DNA of 64,000 nt from an uncultured Gemmatimonadaceae bacterium (GTDB taxonomy: Bacteria > Gemmatimonadota > Gemmatimonadetes > Gemmatimonadales > Gemmatimonadaceae), in NCBI GenBank assembly GCA_963822945.1, contig CAWGJO010000020.1:864001-928000 (forward strand). The letters run 5' to 3'. The translations under genes and the position numbers were made by a program. Under the pieces are notes generated by a model. The model saw only the letters and a list, made by a program, of their open reading frames with translations, had not been told where the DNA came from and did not search any database. Numbering within the stretch: position 1 is the stretch's first letter; each line of letters starts with the position of its first letter. Below are positions 43,721 to 54,219 of the stretch, one piece after another.

Positions 43721-44763
43721 ATGAGTGGTGCGACTGGTTCCGTTGCCGTAGACCTCTCGATGATCGTTCCATTCTTGAATGAAGAAGCATCGATCGGGCG
43801 GATGCTCGAATCGTTGAGGTCTCAGGAACTCGGTGAAACAACGGTCGAAATTCTGTTCGCGGACGGAGGGTCGACTGACGCATCGGTTCGCCTCATTGAA
43901 TCCGCCGACGGGGAGCTTCCGCGGGGAATGACGATCAGAGTCTTTGCCAACCCGGAGCGTACGACGACGGCTGGATTCAATCGCGGTATTACGCTGGCAA
44001 GGGGCCGCGCAATCGGCATCGGAGGGTCGCGGACCGTATATCCCTCTGACTTCTTCGCCAGGGCAAACGCGCTGTTGGTGGAGACCGGTGCGGCACTCGT
44101 GGGAGGCGGCGTCAGCAGCATAATTCCTGCGGGCGATGGGGTTGTGGCCCGTGCGATCGCCCGGAATGTATCGAAGTCGCGTTGGCACCGCCGTTGCCAA
44201 CTATCGGAGGCGAACCGAACCCGGCACGGCAAGTACCGTATACTGCGGATTCTATCGACGTGAGGTGTTCGAGCGTCTCGGGGGATTCGACCCATCGCTA
44301 ACCCGAGGTCAAGACAACGAATTCAACAGTCGGCTGCGTCATTCCGGGTTCCAAATCTACTTTCATCCCGTTCTGTCGACGGCCTATCAGGTACGAGGCG
44401 GTGTTCGAGCACTGCTTCGGCGGGGCTGGATGTCTGGGCGCTCTGTACGTGGCCGGGTGGCGGGCAAATCGGCAGGCGTTTCGTTGGCACCATTCAGCTC
44501 CGCTGATCTGGGTGTCGTACCTGATCATCGGCGCGATGCTCGCGACAGTGCTACCGGGATTGCGCGACTGGTACCTTGTTGGTCTCGCCGCTTATGGTGC
44601 CGTGCTCCTGATCGCCGCATCGGCAACTATTCGCGCTGATGGTCTTCGTGTAGCGCTCGTGACGATTCCGATCTTCGCGATGTACCATATTGCATATGGG
44701 GCGGGAAGTCTGAGGGAACTCCTCGCTTCCTATCGTTCACACCGACCGGGTGGCCAGGCGTGA
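43721..44763 (+). CDS. GT2 glycosyltransferase, ExoA-like (frameshifts)
   Basis: SMIVPFLNEE, ADGGSTD, YRREVFERLGGFD..GQDNEFNSRL, C-terminal TM helices. Confidence 0.85.
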
Positions 44764-45778
44764 GTGCATGGTACGGGATGCTGATCGCGTGGTTCGCGTT
44801 CGCTTTCGGCGCCAGTTGGGCCATTACCGGGCTGGTTCTCCGAATTGCACGATTGCGGGGCATACTCGACGTGCCGAGCGATCGGAGTTCCCATGTTGTG
44901 CCGACGCCGCGAGGGGGTGGGATCGCGATTGTCCTCGTCACGGTTCTCGGAATCACCGTCCTGGGAATCAAGGGATGGGTAACCTGGCCTGTTCGATTGG
45001 GCTTATTGGCGGGGGAGTCTTGGTCGGAACCATCGGGCTCCTCGACGACATCCGAGGTATCAGGCCCCTATGGCGCGGCCTGATCCATCTTGCAGCTGCG
45101 ATCTGGACCATCGTCTGGGTTGGTGGTCTCTATCGAATTGACATTGGACCTGGGTCGATGGAACTCGGGGTCGTTGGCAATATCGTCGCCATACTCGGAG
45201 TTACATGGTCGATCAATGCCTATAATTTCATGGATGGGATCGATGGGCTTGCAGGTACCGAAGCGGTAACAGCCGGCGTTGCCGGCGCCGTACTCCTCGG
45301 CGGCCAGCACCTCTCGGTCGGTTTACCGGTGATTGTGCTGGCTGGAAGTGCGGCGGGATTCCTCGTCTGGAATTGGGCACCAGCGCGCATTTTTATGGGA
45401 GATGTCGGCAGCGGGTTTCTCGGGTTCATGTTTGCCGCACTTGCGATTGCTTCAGAGCGGCAAGCGGGACTTTCGATTCTCGCGTGGTCAATTCTCGGAA
45501 TGGTGTTCTTGGTTGACTCAACGGCGACATTGTTCCGCCGGGCGCTGCGTGGCGAACGGGTGTGGGAGGCGCACCGTTCACACGCTTATCAGCGGCTGGC
45601 TAGAGCGAAAGGATCCCACGCATGGGTGGTCGTGACAGTGATTGGATTGAACGCGGGGTTCGCCGTCCTCATCTGGCCGCCCCGAAACACCGGGTTGTCG
45701 CTCCTAGAGGGTTGGTTGGTCGCGGCGATGGTGACGGGGGGGTGGTACTGGTATGCTGAGCGAAATCTCGCGATGTAG
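44760..45778 (+). CDS. MraY/WecA/WbpL-family polyprenyl-phosphate HexNAc-1-phosphate transferase (frameshift near 45015)
   Basis: LDVPSDRSSHVVPTPRGGG, GLLDD, NAYNFMDGIDGLA, IFMGDVGS, AHRSHAYQRL. Confidence 0.92.
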
Positions 45779-46472
45779 CGAAATCCGACTGCGTTCAAGC
45801 AGGGAGGACGCGCGTACGGCAGTTGCGCGACACCCGAGAGCGCTTGGCCGCGCCAGACCAACATCTTCCGCACCGTACTTCTCGGGGGGAAACTGGTCCC
45901 CGTCATCAATGCGGTTTGCCCAAGAGAACGCTCGGCAGCATTCCGACCCTTCCCTTCATGTGATCTCCAAGGCGCCCGCAGCTCGTGGGGCCCAAGGTGG
46001 GGGGTGGATTTGGGACATAGAGATTGGTCCGATGGAGGGTATTCCCGTCTGAAGTCGTTAATGCGCAGTTGTGCCTCGGGGGCCACGTGTGACGGAGCTT
46101 GCGCGCCATTCACCGAACTGGCCCGGTAGTTTGGGGAGTCGGCGCCGCTCCCGGTTGCGGCCGATTGTAAACTGTGGGCACGGGTCGGGTCCCGCTCGGA
46201 GACCAGTGCACCTGGGAGCAGCGCCGCGTCGGCGACTGCGGTGAGCTAGCAATCCGCTCCATTTGGCTGGGCGCGCACTTTAGGGTGAAACATGAAGCAG
46301 GCCTGGCGCTCGCAAACTCAGGTCGTGGATTGCCAAGCTTGGCATTGGCACGGCGTGTGAACCATGTTCTGATGCACCACGGTTGCTCACCAGAGCAAGC
46401 ATTCTCAGAGGCACGCTGCCCGGCAGCGATGTTCGTAGGCCTTCGACCTCGACTCACAAACCCCATACTGCA

Positions 46473-47407
46473 ATGGTTACTACGGGTGCAGTACTCCGCT
46501 TTCTGTCAGACGAAGGCTTGATCGCCTCGCCGGCACGACCTGATGATCTTGCCCAACAGACCGCCGTTACTTGCGTGACGGCGGAGGACCAAGCGGTCGA
46601 TGGAGCATTGAGTTGGCTGTCTTCCGCTCGTTTCGCCAATGCAGCGCACCGCGTGGCAGCGTTTCGTGGTGCGCTGCTCCTGCCCCCGAGGCAGTGGGAA
46701 TTCAGCGAACACACGCCGGGCTGGCCGTTGGGTGCACTAGCCCCAAGCTGGCGTTCGCGGTTGCGGTGGAGCGGTTCTTCCCGTCGCTGCTGAAGTCGAC
46801 GTGGCCGCCCCCGGGAATGCTGAGGCATGACGACGTGGTCGTGGCAGACGATGCAGCCATCGGGTATGGCGTCGTGCTCGGCGAAGGCGTTCGAATTGGA
46901 CGGGGTGTCGAAATCGGCCCGTATACTTGTATTGCGCATACGAGCATCGGCGCGGGAACGAAGATAGGCGCGCATTGCTCGATTGGTCTGCAGGGTTTTG
47001 GCTTCGAGCGATCATTGTCCGGCGAATGGGTTCGCTTCCCACATATCGGAACCGTCGAAATTGCCGAAGATGTGGAAATCGGCTCCAATACGTGCATCGA
47101 TCGGGGGGCGCTGGGGGCGACACGCGTCGAACGCGGCGCCAAGATCGACAACCTGGTTCATATCGCGCACAACGTCGTCGTCGGTGAGGGCTGCCTCATC
47201 ATCGCGCACGCGATGGTGGCTGGGAGCGTGAAGCTTGAACCGGGCGCATGGATCGCGCCAAGTGCCGCGATCCTGAATCAGCTGACGGTTGGAGCCGGTG
47301 CAACAATTGGACTCGGCGCGGTAGTGATTCGTGACGTGGCCCCGGGGGCTACCGTCGCCGGCAATCCCGCGAGGCCACTAGCACCTAGGGTACAAAATGG
47401 AGAATGA
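46473..47407 (+). CDS. LpxD-like hexapeptide N-acyltransferase (frameshift near 46690)
   Basis: IGLQGFGF, FPHIGTVEI..VEIGSNTCIDRGALGAT, KIDNLVHIAHNV, VAGNPAR. Confidence 0.85.
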
Positions 47408-48047
47408 GCGTCTGGTCGTCGGCCGAGAGCGAGCCCTTGTCCTTTGCCCGCATACGGATGACGAATTTGGCTGCGCGGGTACGATTGCGCGGCTGCTGGA
47501 GGCGAACGCGGAAGTGCGCTACGTCGCGTTCAGCCGTTGTGAGGAGTCTGTCCCCAATGGTTTGCCGCTCGACACGCTCGAGAAGGAATGCAGACGTTGC
47601 ACGGCAACTCTCGGAATATCGCCCCGAAATACAGAAGTTCTTGGCTTTCCAGTCCGTCATTTCCCGAGGGTACGGCAGGAGATCCTGGAACACATGGTCA
47701 AAGTCAGGAACGAATTTGAACCGGACATCGTGCTCCTTCCTGCGTCCAGCGATATGCACCAAGACCACCACACGGTATACGAGGAAGGATTCCGGGCGTT
47801 CAAACGATCCACCCTGCTGGGGTATGAGTTGCCGCAAAATCTGATCTCATTTCACAATTCCACATTTGTGGCGCTCGAAGACCGCCATTTGGTGGCGAAG
47901 ATCAATGCGTTGCGGGAGTACGAATCACAGGAGTTCCGGCCGTACGCGAGCGCAGAGTTTATGCGCGCCCTGGCTACTGTGCGCGGGGTTCAGATCAATT
48001 CGCCGTACGCCGAGGCATTCGAGGCCGTCCGAGTCATTTTTCGATGA
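47397..48047 (+). CDS. PIG-L/LmbE-family N-deacetylase
   Basis: LCPHTDDEFGCAG, DMHQDH, YESQ, AEAFE. Confidence 0.92.
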   Translation: MENERLVVGRERALVLCPHTDDEFGCAGTIARLLEANAEVRYVAFSRCEESVPNGLPLDTLEKECRRCTATLGISPRNTEVLGFPVRHFPRVRQEILEHMVKVRNEFEPDIVLLPASSDMHQDHHTVYEEGFRAFKRSTLLGYELPQNLISFHNSTFVALEDRHLVAKINALREYESQEFRPYASAEFMRALATVRGVQINSPYAEAFEAVRVIFR

Positions 48048-49214
48048 GCTTCAGCGCGTTGCGTCAGGTCCATTTGGCCGCGCAACCCAACTGAGCGATC
48101 AGCGAGCGCCTTTCAGCTCTACGGTTCATCGCATAGGAGGGCTCTCCAGTACGTTGAGATTGATTCCCGGCCAAGACCTGCGCTCATACCAGGACGGCAT
48201 TGCTCGCGCGAACCGTTCGGAAGAGTCATCGACCGATCGGAAGGCAGAGAGGAATACAGTCGAGACCGGAGCGGGGCGGCCGACTCGACCGCGATATTCA
48301 ATTGCGCATGGCGCGGTGTACCTCGCGGGTGGGAGGCTGCCGGATCGGCGCGTGAGCGGGATCGCGTTTTCGGCGCACCTGGGCGACGACGCAACCATCC
48401 GCCTTCCCATTTTCCGGAGAGAAGGCAGGCTGAATTGTGGGGGGCGACGGAGAGGCCGGTGAGCGAGATCGAAGAAGTCCTGACGCTTTGGGTCACCGGT
48501 GAACGCTAGATCACGAACGAATCGATCCCGGCGGCCCCGTTCGGAGAGGTTCCCGCGCCTATAAAGAATCCATTGTACGGTCGTAGCCCGGAAACAGGAC
48601 GTCTGGCCGCCCGACAGGTACTGACCACAATTTCGGACCCATCGCGCGGCGGTGTCTTGCCCTTGCCCGGCCATGCACGACCGATTTCAGGGGAAGATGT
48701 AAGTTGCGAAGGCCACCGGGTCTACCAGGAGCTCGCCAGTTCCCTGACGGTCAAGCCGCAGTTCGGTCGCCCAACCGGAGGAATCTTGAGTCACCGGCTC
48801 CCTGCAGCACGAGGCTCTGCGCCACCTCGGGTCTGGCGAGCGGAGTCGTCTCCGCCAACACGAGGTTTGGACTGACTCTCGGAGGGCGAGGCGTCGGCCC
48901 CGACGAGGTTCTTCTCTCAGGCGAGACGAGCGAGGCTGCAGGTGCGACCAATGCAACAAACTTCGCCGAGAGGACCGAGTGAACACCGGCGCGATCTACG
49001 ATTGACCGCACGCTGTGGGTGGAGATCCTAGGCCGGATTCCAAACGTCGAAAGGATCAGAAGCAGGGTACACGTAGCGAACCGAGGCGCGCCACCATCTC
49101 GCACGGTATGACGAATCGGTGATAGCAGAATTGGTGCTTGTGTATCAACGCACCCCTGCCTATTCTCGGGGGTGGCCAAAACACACCTGCTAATTCACGG
49201 GTCTCCCGGGCCTC

Positions 49215-51156
49215 ATGAACCTCACCCGGAATCGCTACCTACTCCTCATCGACGTAGTTCTCCTCGCAATCGCGCCGTTTCTGCTGTTTACGCTGCGATT
49301 CGAGGGGTTCCATTGGCCGCCCCACCAACTTCATAACGTCATCGTCTTCACGCTGGCCATGGTGCCGGCGCGAATCCTGGTCTACTTCCTGTTCGGCGTG
49401 TACCGCACGATGTGGCGGTACGCCAGCATCGCCGAACTGGAGTTGGTGGTCATTGCCGGCGTATCGGGCTCGGTGGTTGCGACCCTGCTGGGGACGAACT
49501 TGCTGCAGGACGCCGAGCCTGATCACCTCCCGTATCCCGCTCTCGGTGCTGTTCAACAGCGGCGTGCTGAGCGTCGTGCTTCTGGCCGCCCCACGCCTGC
49601 TCATCCGCATGGGCGGCTGGCGGATGGTCCGCCGCGGACTCCAGGACTCCCCCAACCGGGTGCTCATTGCCGGCGCCGGCGCCGCCGGCCAGACGGTGCT
49701 CAAGGAACTGACCTCCAACCCGCGGCTCGAAATGCGGCCCATCGGGTTCGTGGACGACGACCCATCGAAGCACGGACTGCGGATCGGCAAGGTTCCGGTG
49801 TTCGGGACGCTGGCCGCGATGCCGGAAATCATCGACCGGGAAAAGATCACCGAAGTCGTGATCGCCATGCCGAGCGCTCCTGGCCAGGTGGTGCGCGAAG
49901 TGGTCCAGACGGCGCTGAAGTGCGGCATCAAGGCCCGCACGGTCCCCACGCTGGGCGAGATCCTCGGCGGACACGTGAGCGTGACGGCCCTCCGGCCGGT
50001 GGAAATCCAGGACCTCCTGCGTCGGGATCCCATCCGGACCGACCTGCGCCAGGTGGCCCAGCTGGCCCACGACCGCACGGTGCTGATTACCGGCGCCGGC
50101 GGCTCCATCGGCAGCGAACTCTGCCGCCAGATCGCGGTGCTGGGACCCGCCAAGCTCGTGATCCTGGGACACGGGGAAAACCCGATATTCGACATCCTGT
50201 ACGAGCTGCGCCGGGCCCACCCCGCCCTGGACATCGTGCCGGTGATCGCCGACATCCGCGACACCAAACGGGTGCGGGAGGTGTTCAAGGCCCACCGCCC
50301 CTTTGCCGTGTTCCACGCCGCCGCCCACAAGCACGTGCCCCTGATGGAGAGCAACGTGGTGGAGGCGGTGACCAACAACGTGCTCGGCACCAAGAACATC
50401 GTGGATACGGCGGTGGAGACGGGCGCCTCGCACTTCGTGTTCATCTCCACCGACAAGGCGGTGCGCCCCACCAACGTGATGGGAGCGTCCAAACGGGTGG
50501 CCGAGCACATCGTGCGGCGGGCGGCGCTCAAGCACGGCACGAACTTCGTGGCCGTGCGGTTCGGCAACGTGCTGGGCAGCCGGGGCAGCGTGATCCCCAC
50601 CTTCGTCAGCCAGATCCGCGAGGGCGGGCCGGTGACGGTGACCCACCCGGAAATGCGCCGCTTCTTCATGACGATCCCCGAAGCGGTGCAGCTGGTGCTT
50701 CAGGCGGGCGCGCTGGGCAAGGGCGGCGAGCTGTTCATGCTCGACATGGGCGAGCCCGTGAAGGTGGTGGACCTGGCCCGCGACCTGATCCGCCTGTCGG
50801 GCCTCAAGGAAGGCGAGGACATCGAGATCAAGTACACCGGCATCCGCCCGGGCGAGAAGCTGTACGAGGAGATGTTCTTCAGCGACGAGCTGGCCGAGCG
50901 CACCGAGCACCCCAAGGTGCTCCGGGCGCGCAAAGAAAACATGGAGAGCTGGGGGGATCACCTGATCGACCAGCTCATCCAGACGGCCCTGGACGGAGCC
51001 GGCGCCGAAGATCTGCGGGCCATGCTCAAGGTGATCGTTCCCGACTTCAGCGACAGTCAGCCCCCGCCGCTGCTGCCCACGCCGGCCCGCGGGATCGGCG
51101 CCGTGGTGGCCGCCGCCCTCAAGCGCCCGAGCGGACCGAACAAGAAGTCGGGGTAG
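49215..51156 (+). CDS. Membrane-anchored NDP-sugar 4,6-dehydratase, CapD/PglF/WbpM-like (frameshift near 49510)
   Basis: N-terminal TMs, GAGAAG, ITGAGGSIGSEL, FHAAAHKHVPLME, ISTDKAVRPTNVMGASKR, VRFGNVLGSRGSVIP, GIRPGEKLYEE. Confidence 0.95.
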
Positions 51157-51194
51157 GACTACAGTCGGCCGCAGACCATAGGCGGGCGACTAGG

Positions 51195-53255
51195 CTACCG
51201 CCCGCTGATCGCGCTCATCGTGATCGGCGACAGCACCCGCCCCCCCGCCGTGGTCATGCGCCGCAGCACGTTCTTGGCCGCCGCCGGGTCGAGGGGCGCG
51301 CTGCACAGATAGCCCTGCCACGCCTCGCACTGCTGCGCGTACAGGAAGTCGAGCTGCGTGGGGTGCTCCACACCCTCGGCCACCACGCGCAGCCCCAGTG
51401 AGCGCGCCAGCGCGATGACGGCCACCGCAATGGCGGTGTCGTTGGCGTCGCGCACCAGGTTGCGGGTGAAGCTGGTGTCGATCTTGAGGGCGTCCACCGG
51501 GAAGGTGCGCAGCGACTGCAGCGACGAATACCCGGTGCCGAAGTCGTCGATGGAGATGCCCACGCCCAGCGTCTTGAGCTCGGCGAGCTGGCGCACGGCA
51601 TCGGCCCCCGACTCGGTGGCGCTGGTCTCGTTGATCTCGAGTTCGAGCGCCGAGGGGGGCAGGCCGTACTGGTCCAGCGTACCGCGCACCAGGTCCGCCA
51701 ATCCGGGCTGCTGGACCTGCCGGGTGCTCAGGTTGACGGCCACGCGCAGGTCGTGGAACCCCTCGGCGCGCCACTCGGCCAACTGCTCGCACGCCGTGCG
51801 CAGCGCCCACTCGCCGATGGGCACGATCATGCCGGTGGACTCGGCCAGCCGGATGAACTGCTCGGGACGCACGAGCCCCAGCACGGGGTGCCGCCAGCGC
51901 AGCATGGCCTCCATGCAGCAGACGCCGCCGTCGGCGGTGCGCACGATGGGCTGGTAGTGCATGAGGAATTCGAGATTCTCCACGCCGCGGCGCAGGGCGC
52001 TCTCCAGCGCCAGCTGCTCGATGGCGTGGGCGTTCATCTCGGAGGTGTAGAGCTGGAAGAGGTCGGGACCCTGGGCCTTGGCGCGGTACATGGCGGCGTC
52101 CGCGTTCTTGAGCAGGGTGCCGGCGTCGGCACCGTCATCGGGATAGAGCCCGATGCCGATGCTGGCGGTGACGAACAGCTCACGCCCCTCGATGGTGATG
52201 ATCTCCTTGACCGCGTCGCGCACCTTGCGGGCCACGCCGATGGCGTCTTCCACGGTGTGCGCGGTGGGGGCGAGGACGGTGAACTCGTCGCCACCCATGC
52301 GGGCCACGGTATCGCTCTCACGAAGGGCGGTGCGCAGCCGGCTGGCGACGATCTGCAGCAGCTTGTCGCCCGCGGCATGGCCCAGCGAGTCGTTCACCAC
52401 CTTGAACCGGTCGAGGTCCACGAACAGCACGGCGAGCTTGTTCTTGGAACGCCGGGCGCTGGGGATGGCCATGTTCAGGTGGTCGAGAAAGAGCTTCCGG
52501 TTGGGCAGCCCGGTGAGCGGGTCGTGCAGGGCCAGCCGCTGCACCTGGGCGGCGTTGGCGGTGGCCGCGGCGTGCTGTTCCTCGAGCAGCCAGATGACGA
52601 CGCCCAGCCCCATGGCGAACAGGAGCACGAACTCCGCGAAGCCCAGCGGGAGCACGAACGGCTGCTGGATGGGCGCGGGGCCGGCAAGGGCCTGAAGGGC
52701 GAGGTGCAGGAACTGCGTGATGCCGAACAGGGTGAACGCGCCGGCAACGATCCGGCGGCCGATGCCGTGGACGCCGGGGCCGCGCCAGACGTGGACGGCG
52801 GCAACGAGGAAGGCGAAGCCGACCACGACGCCGCGCACACCGGCCCGGAACATGAAGCGGACGGAATCGCCGGACGGGTCGGACGAGTGGACCAGGGCGA
52901 GTCCGGCGCCGCCGAAGGCGGCGACCAGGAGGAAGGCATTTCGCTCGGCGCGGCTCAGCGGCCGCATGCCCATGAGGTCGCCCGATCCGACCAGGAGCCA
53001 GACGACGCCGAGGTAGCCCGCGGCGCCGGTGACCACCGCCGTGCCGAGGCGAAGGGCGCTGTCGACGGGGAGGCTGCGCGAGAAGCCGACACCCGCGGCA
53101 GCGCCGACGAGTGTGACGAAGAGAGCGGACCAGCTCAGCGCCCAATCGCGCAGGAAGGTCCGCCTGTACTCGCGGTAGAATCCGCCAAAGATGGCGGCGG
53201 CAATCAGGGCGCCAGAAGCCTGGAGGAGGTAGCTGGCAAAGAGGTTTTCGTTCAT
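51195..53255 (-). CDS. Membrane-bound GGDEF-EAL protein (c-di-GMP metabolism)
   Basis: About 7 N-terminal TM segments, HDPLTGLPNR, RMGGDEF, YQPIV..MEAMLRW, IDDFGTGYSSL, VAEGVE. Confidence 0.95.
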   Translation of the reverse strand: MNENLFASYLLQASGALIAAAIFGGFYREYRRTFLRDWALSWSALFVTLVGAAAGVGFSRSLPVDSALRLGTAVVTGAAGYLGVVWLLVGSGDLMGMRPLSRAERNAFLLVAAFGGAGLALVHSSDPSGDSVRFMFRAGVRGVVVGFAFLVAAVHVWRGPGVHGIGRRIVAGAFTLFGITQFLHLALQALAGPAPIQQPFVLPLGFAEFVLLFAMGLGVVIWLLEEQHAAATANAAQVQRLALHDPLTGLPNRKLFLDHLNMAIPSARRSKNKLAVLFVDLDRFKVVNDSLGHAAGDKLLQIVASRLRTALRESDTVARMGGDEFTVLAPTAHTVEDAIGVARKVRDAVKEIITIEGRELFVTASIGIGLYPDDGADAGTLLKNADAAMYRAKAQGPDLFQLYTSEMNAHAIEQLALESALRRGVENLEFLMHYQPIVRTADGGVCCMEAMLRWRHPVLGLVRPEQFIRLAESTGMIVPIGEWALRTACEQLAEWRAEGFHDLRVAVNLSTRQVQQPGLADLVRGTLDQYGLPPSALELEINETSATESGADAVRQLAELKTLGVGISIDDFGTGYSSLQSLRTFPVDALKIDTSFTRNLVRDANDTAIAVAVIALARSLGLRVVAEGVEHPTQLDFLYAQQCEAWQGYLCSAPLDPAAAKNVLRRMTTAGGRVLSPITMSAISGR

Positions 53256-53380
53256 AAGAGTGTCGTCGTCGACAGGAGGAACGATGCCCCGAAGTGTCTA
53301 TGGAGTAAAGAGATAGTGTGACCGGACTGTATAGAAAGCGGACAGTCTTGTGACGGAGGGCACGAAAGAACTGTGAGAAG

Positions 53381-53412
53381 GTTGGAAAGTCGGACAGTCG
53401 GACCGTCGGACG
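53381..53412 (+). repeat. Tandem octamer array, GTCGGACN type
   Basis: GTTGGAAA GTCGGACA GTCGGACC GTCGGACG. Confidence 0.85.
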
Positions 53413-53449
53413 GTCACGGAGCAGTAACTACCGCAAGAAGGATGCGAAG

Positions 53450-53479
53450 CGCCCCGCCACCGGTGGCGGTGGCGGGGCG
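53450..53479 (-). terminator. GC hairpin downstream of the toxin gene, possible terminator
   Basis: CGCCCCGCCACCG-GTGG-CGGTGGCGGGGCG, a perfect 13-bp stem with a weak U-tract on the minus strand. Confidence 0.55.
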
Positions 53480-53533
53480 GAGCGTGGGTCAGATCAGTGT
53501 GCGAGGTAAGGACGTGACGATAACCGCGCAGAT

Positions 53534-53785
53534 CTAGTAGGTCGTGGACGTCCGGCGCTCGATCGCGACCACGCTGACGCGCAGGTCGTGGACCTCAAAG
53601 AACACTCGGTAGCTCCCCACGCGACGCCTGAATGTCGAGTCCATGCCCTTGAGCTTGACCACGTCGCCCGTGTATGGGTGGTGCTCCATCTGGGCGAGCG
53701 CGTCAACCAGGCGGGCGCGATCCTTTGGCGGCAGATCGGCGAGTTTTCGCGCGGCTTGTCTTGCGAGCACCACCTCCCAGGGCAT
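53534..53785 (-). CDS. RelE/ParE-family type II toxin
   Basis: 83 aa: WEVVLARQAARKLADL, DVVKLKG, FRRRVGSYRVFF, IERRTSTTY. Confidence 0.9.
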   Translation of the reverse strand: MPWEVVLARQAARKLADLPPKDRARLVDALAQMEHHPYTGDVVKLKGMDSTFRRRVGSYRVFFEVHDLRVSVVAIERRTSTTY

Positions 53786-54017
53786 GGCGCAGTTCGCCCA
53801 GCTTCACCACGTCACCGCGTTCGACTTCGGCGCGGCCGCGATTGATGGCAGCCAGTTCCGCTGTGGTGACCTGCACCACGGGCATGCCACTGAGGTAGCG
53901 GCGCAGGGCTTCGCGCACGAGCTCCGATGTCGTCCGATGTTCCCGGCGGCTTGCCTGACGCACGGCGTCGGCCATTTCTCGCGGAAGGGAGATGGTAAGC
54001 GGTTCACGATTTCGCAT
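53703..54017 (-). CDS. Ribbon-helix-helix (CopG-like) antitoxin
   Basis: LTISLPREMADAVRQASRREHRTTSELVREALRRYL, then AINRGRAEVERG. Lies upstream of and overlaps the toxin. Confidence 0.85.
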   Translation of the reverse strand: MRNREPLTISLPREMADAVRQASRREHRTTSELVREALRRYLSGMPVVQVTTAELAAINRGRAEVERGDVVKLGELRHALGGGARKTSRAKTRRSAAKGSRPPG

Positions 54018-54219
54018 GGGCGCCTCCGAGCGGTATGACAATATCATACCGCCGAGGCGCTCGATCAAGGGGTGGCTTCCCAGGGGACGCGTGCAGGGGT
54101 CGCCCTGTGCGCGCAGGCGACTGAAGTTCGTCCGAAGCACCGCGGGTGCGGCATCAAATCGATGCAGCGGCCACCGATCGCCCGCCCTGGGCGCGGGGCA
54201 ATCACGCGCCAGGGGGGTG

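Noticed and set aside
46345..46361. Sigma-54 promoter TTGGCACG upstream of the LpxD-like gene
   Set aside because: The -24 element matches, but the -12 position reads GTGA instead of TTGC.
13549..47407. Programmed frameshifting or mass pseudogenisation of glycan genes
   Set aside because: Indels are scattered, with no consistent slippery motif noticed and intact catalytic motifs. Sequencing error is more parsimonious, so the genes are listed as CDS.
48126..49179. Short ORFs in the gap before the CapD-like gene
   Set aside because: No recognisable motifs, no host-like codon bias, and they overlap each other on both strands.
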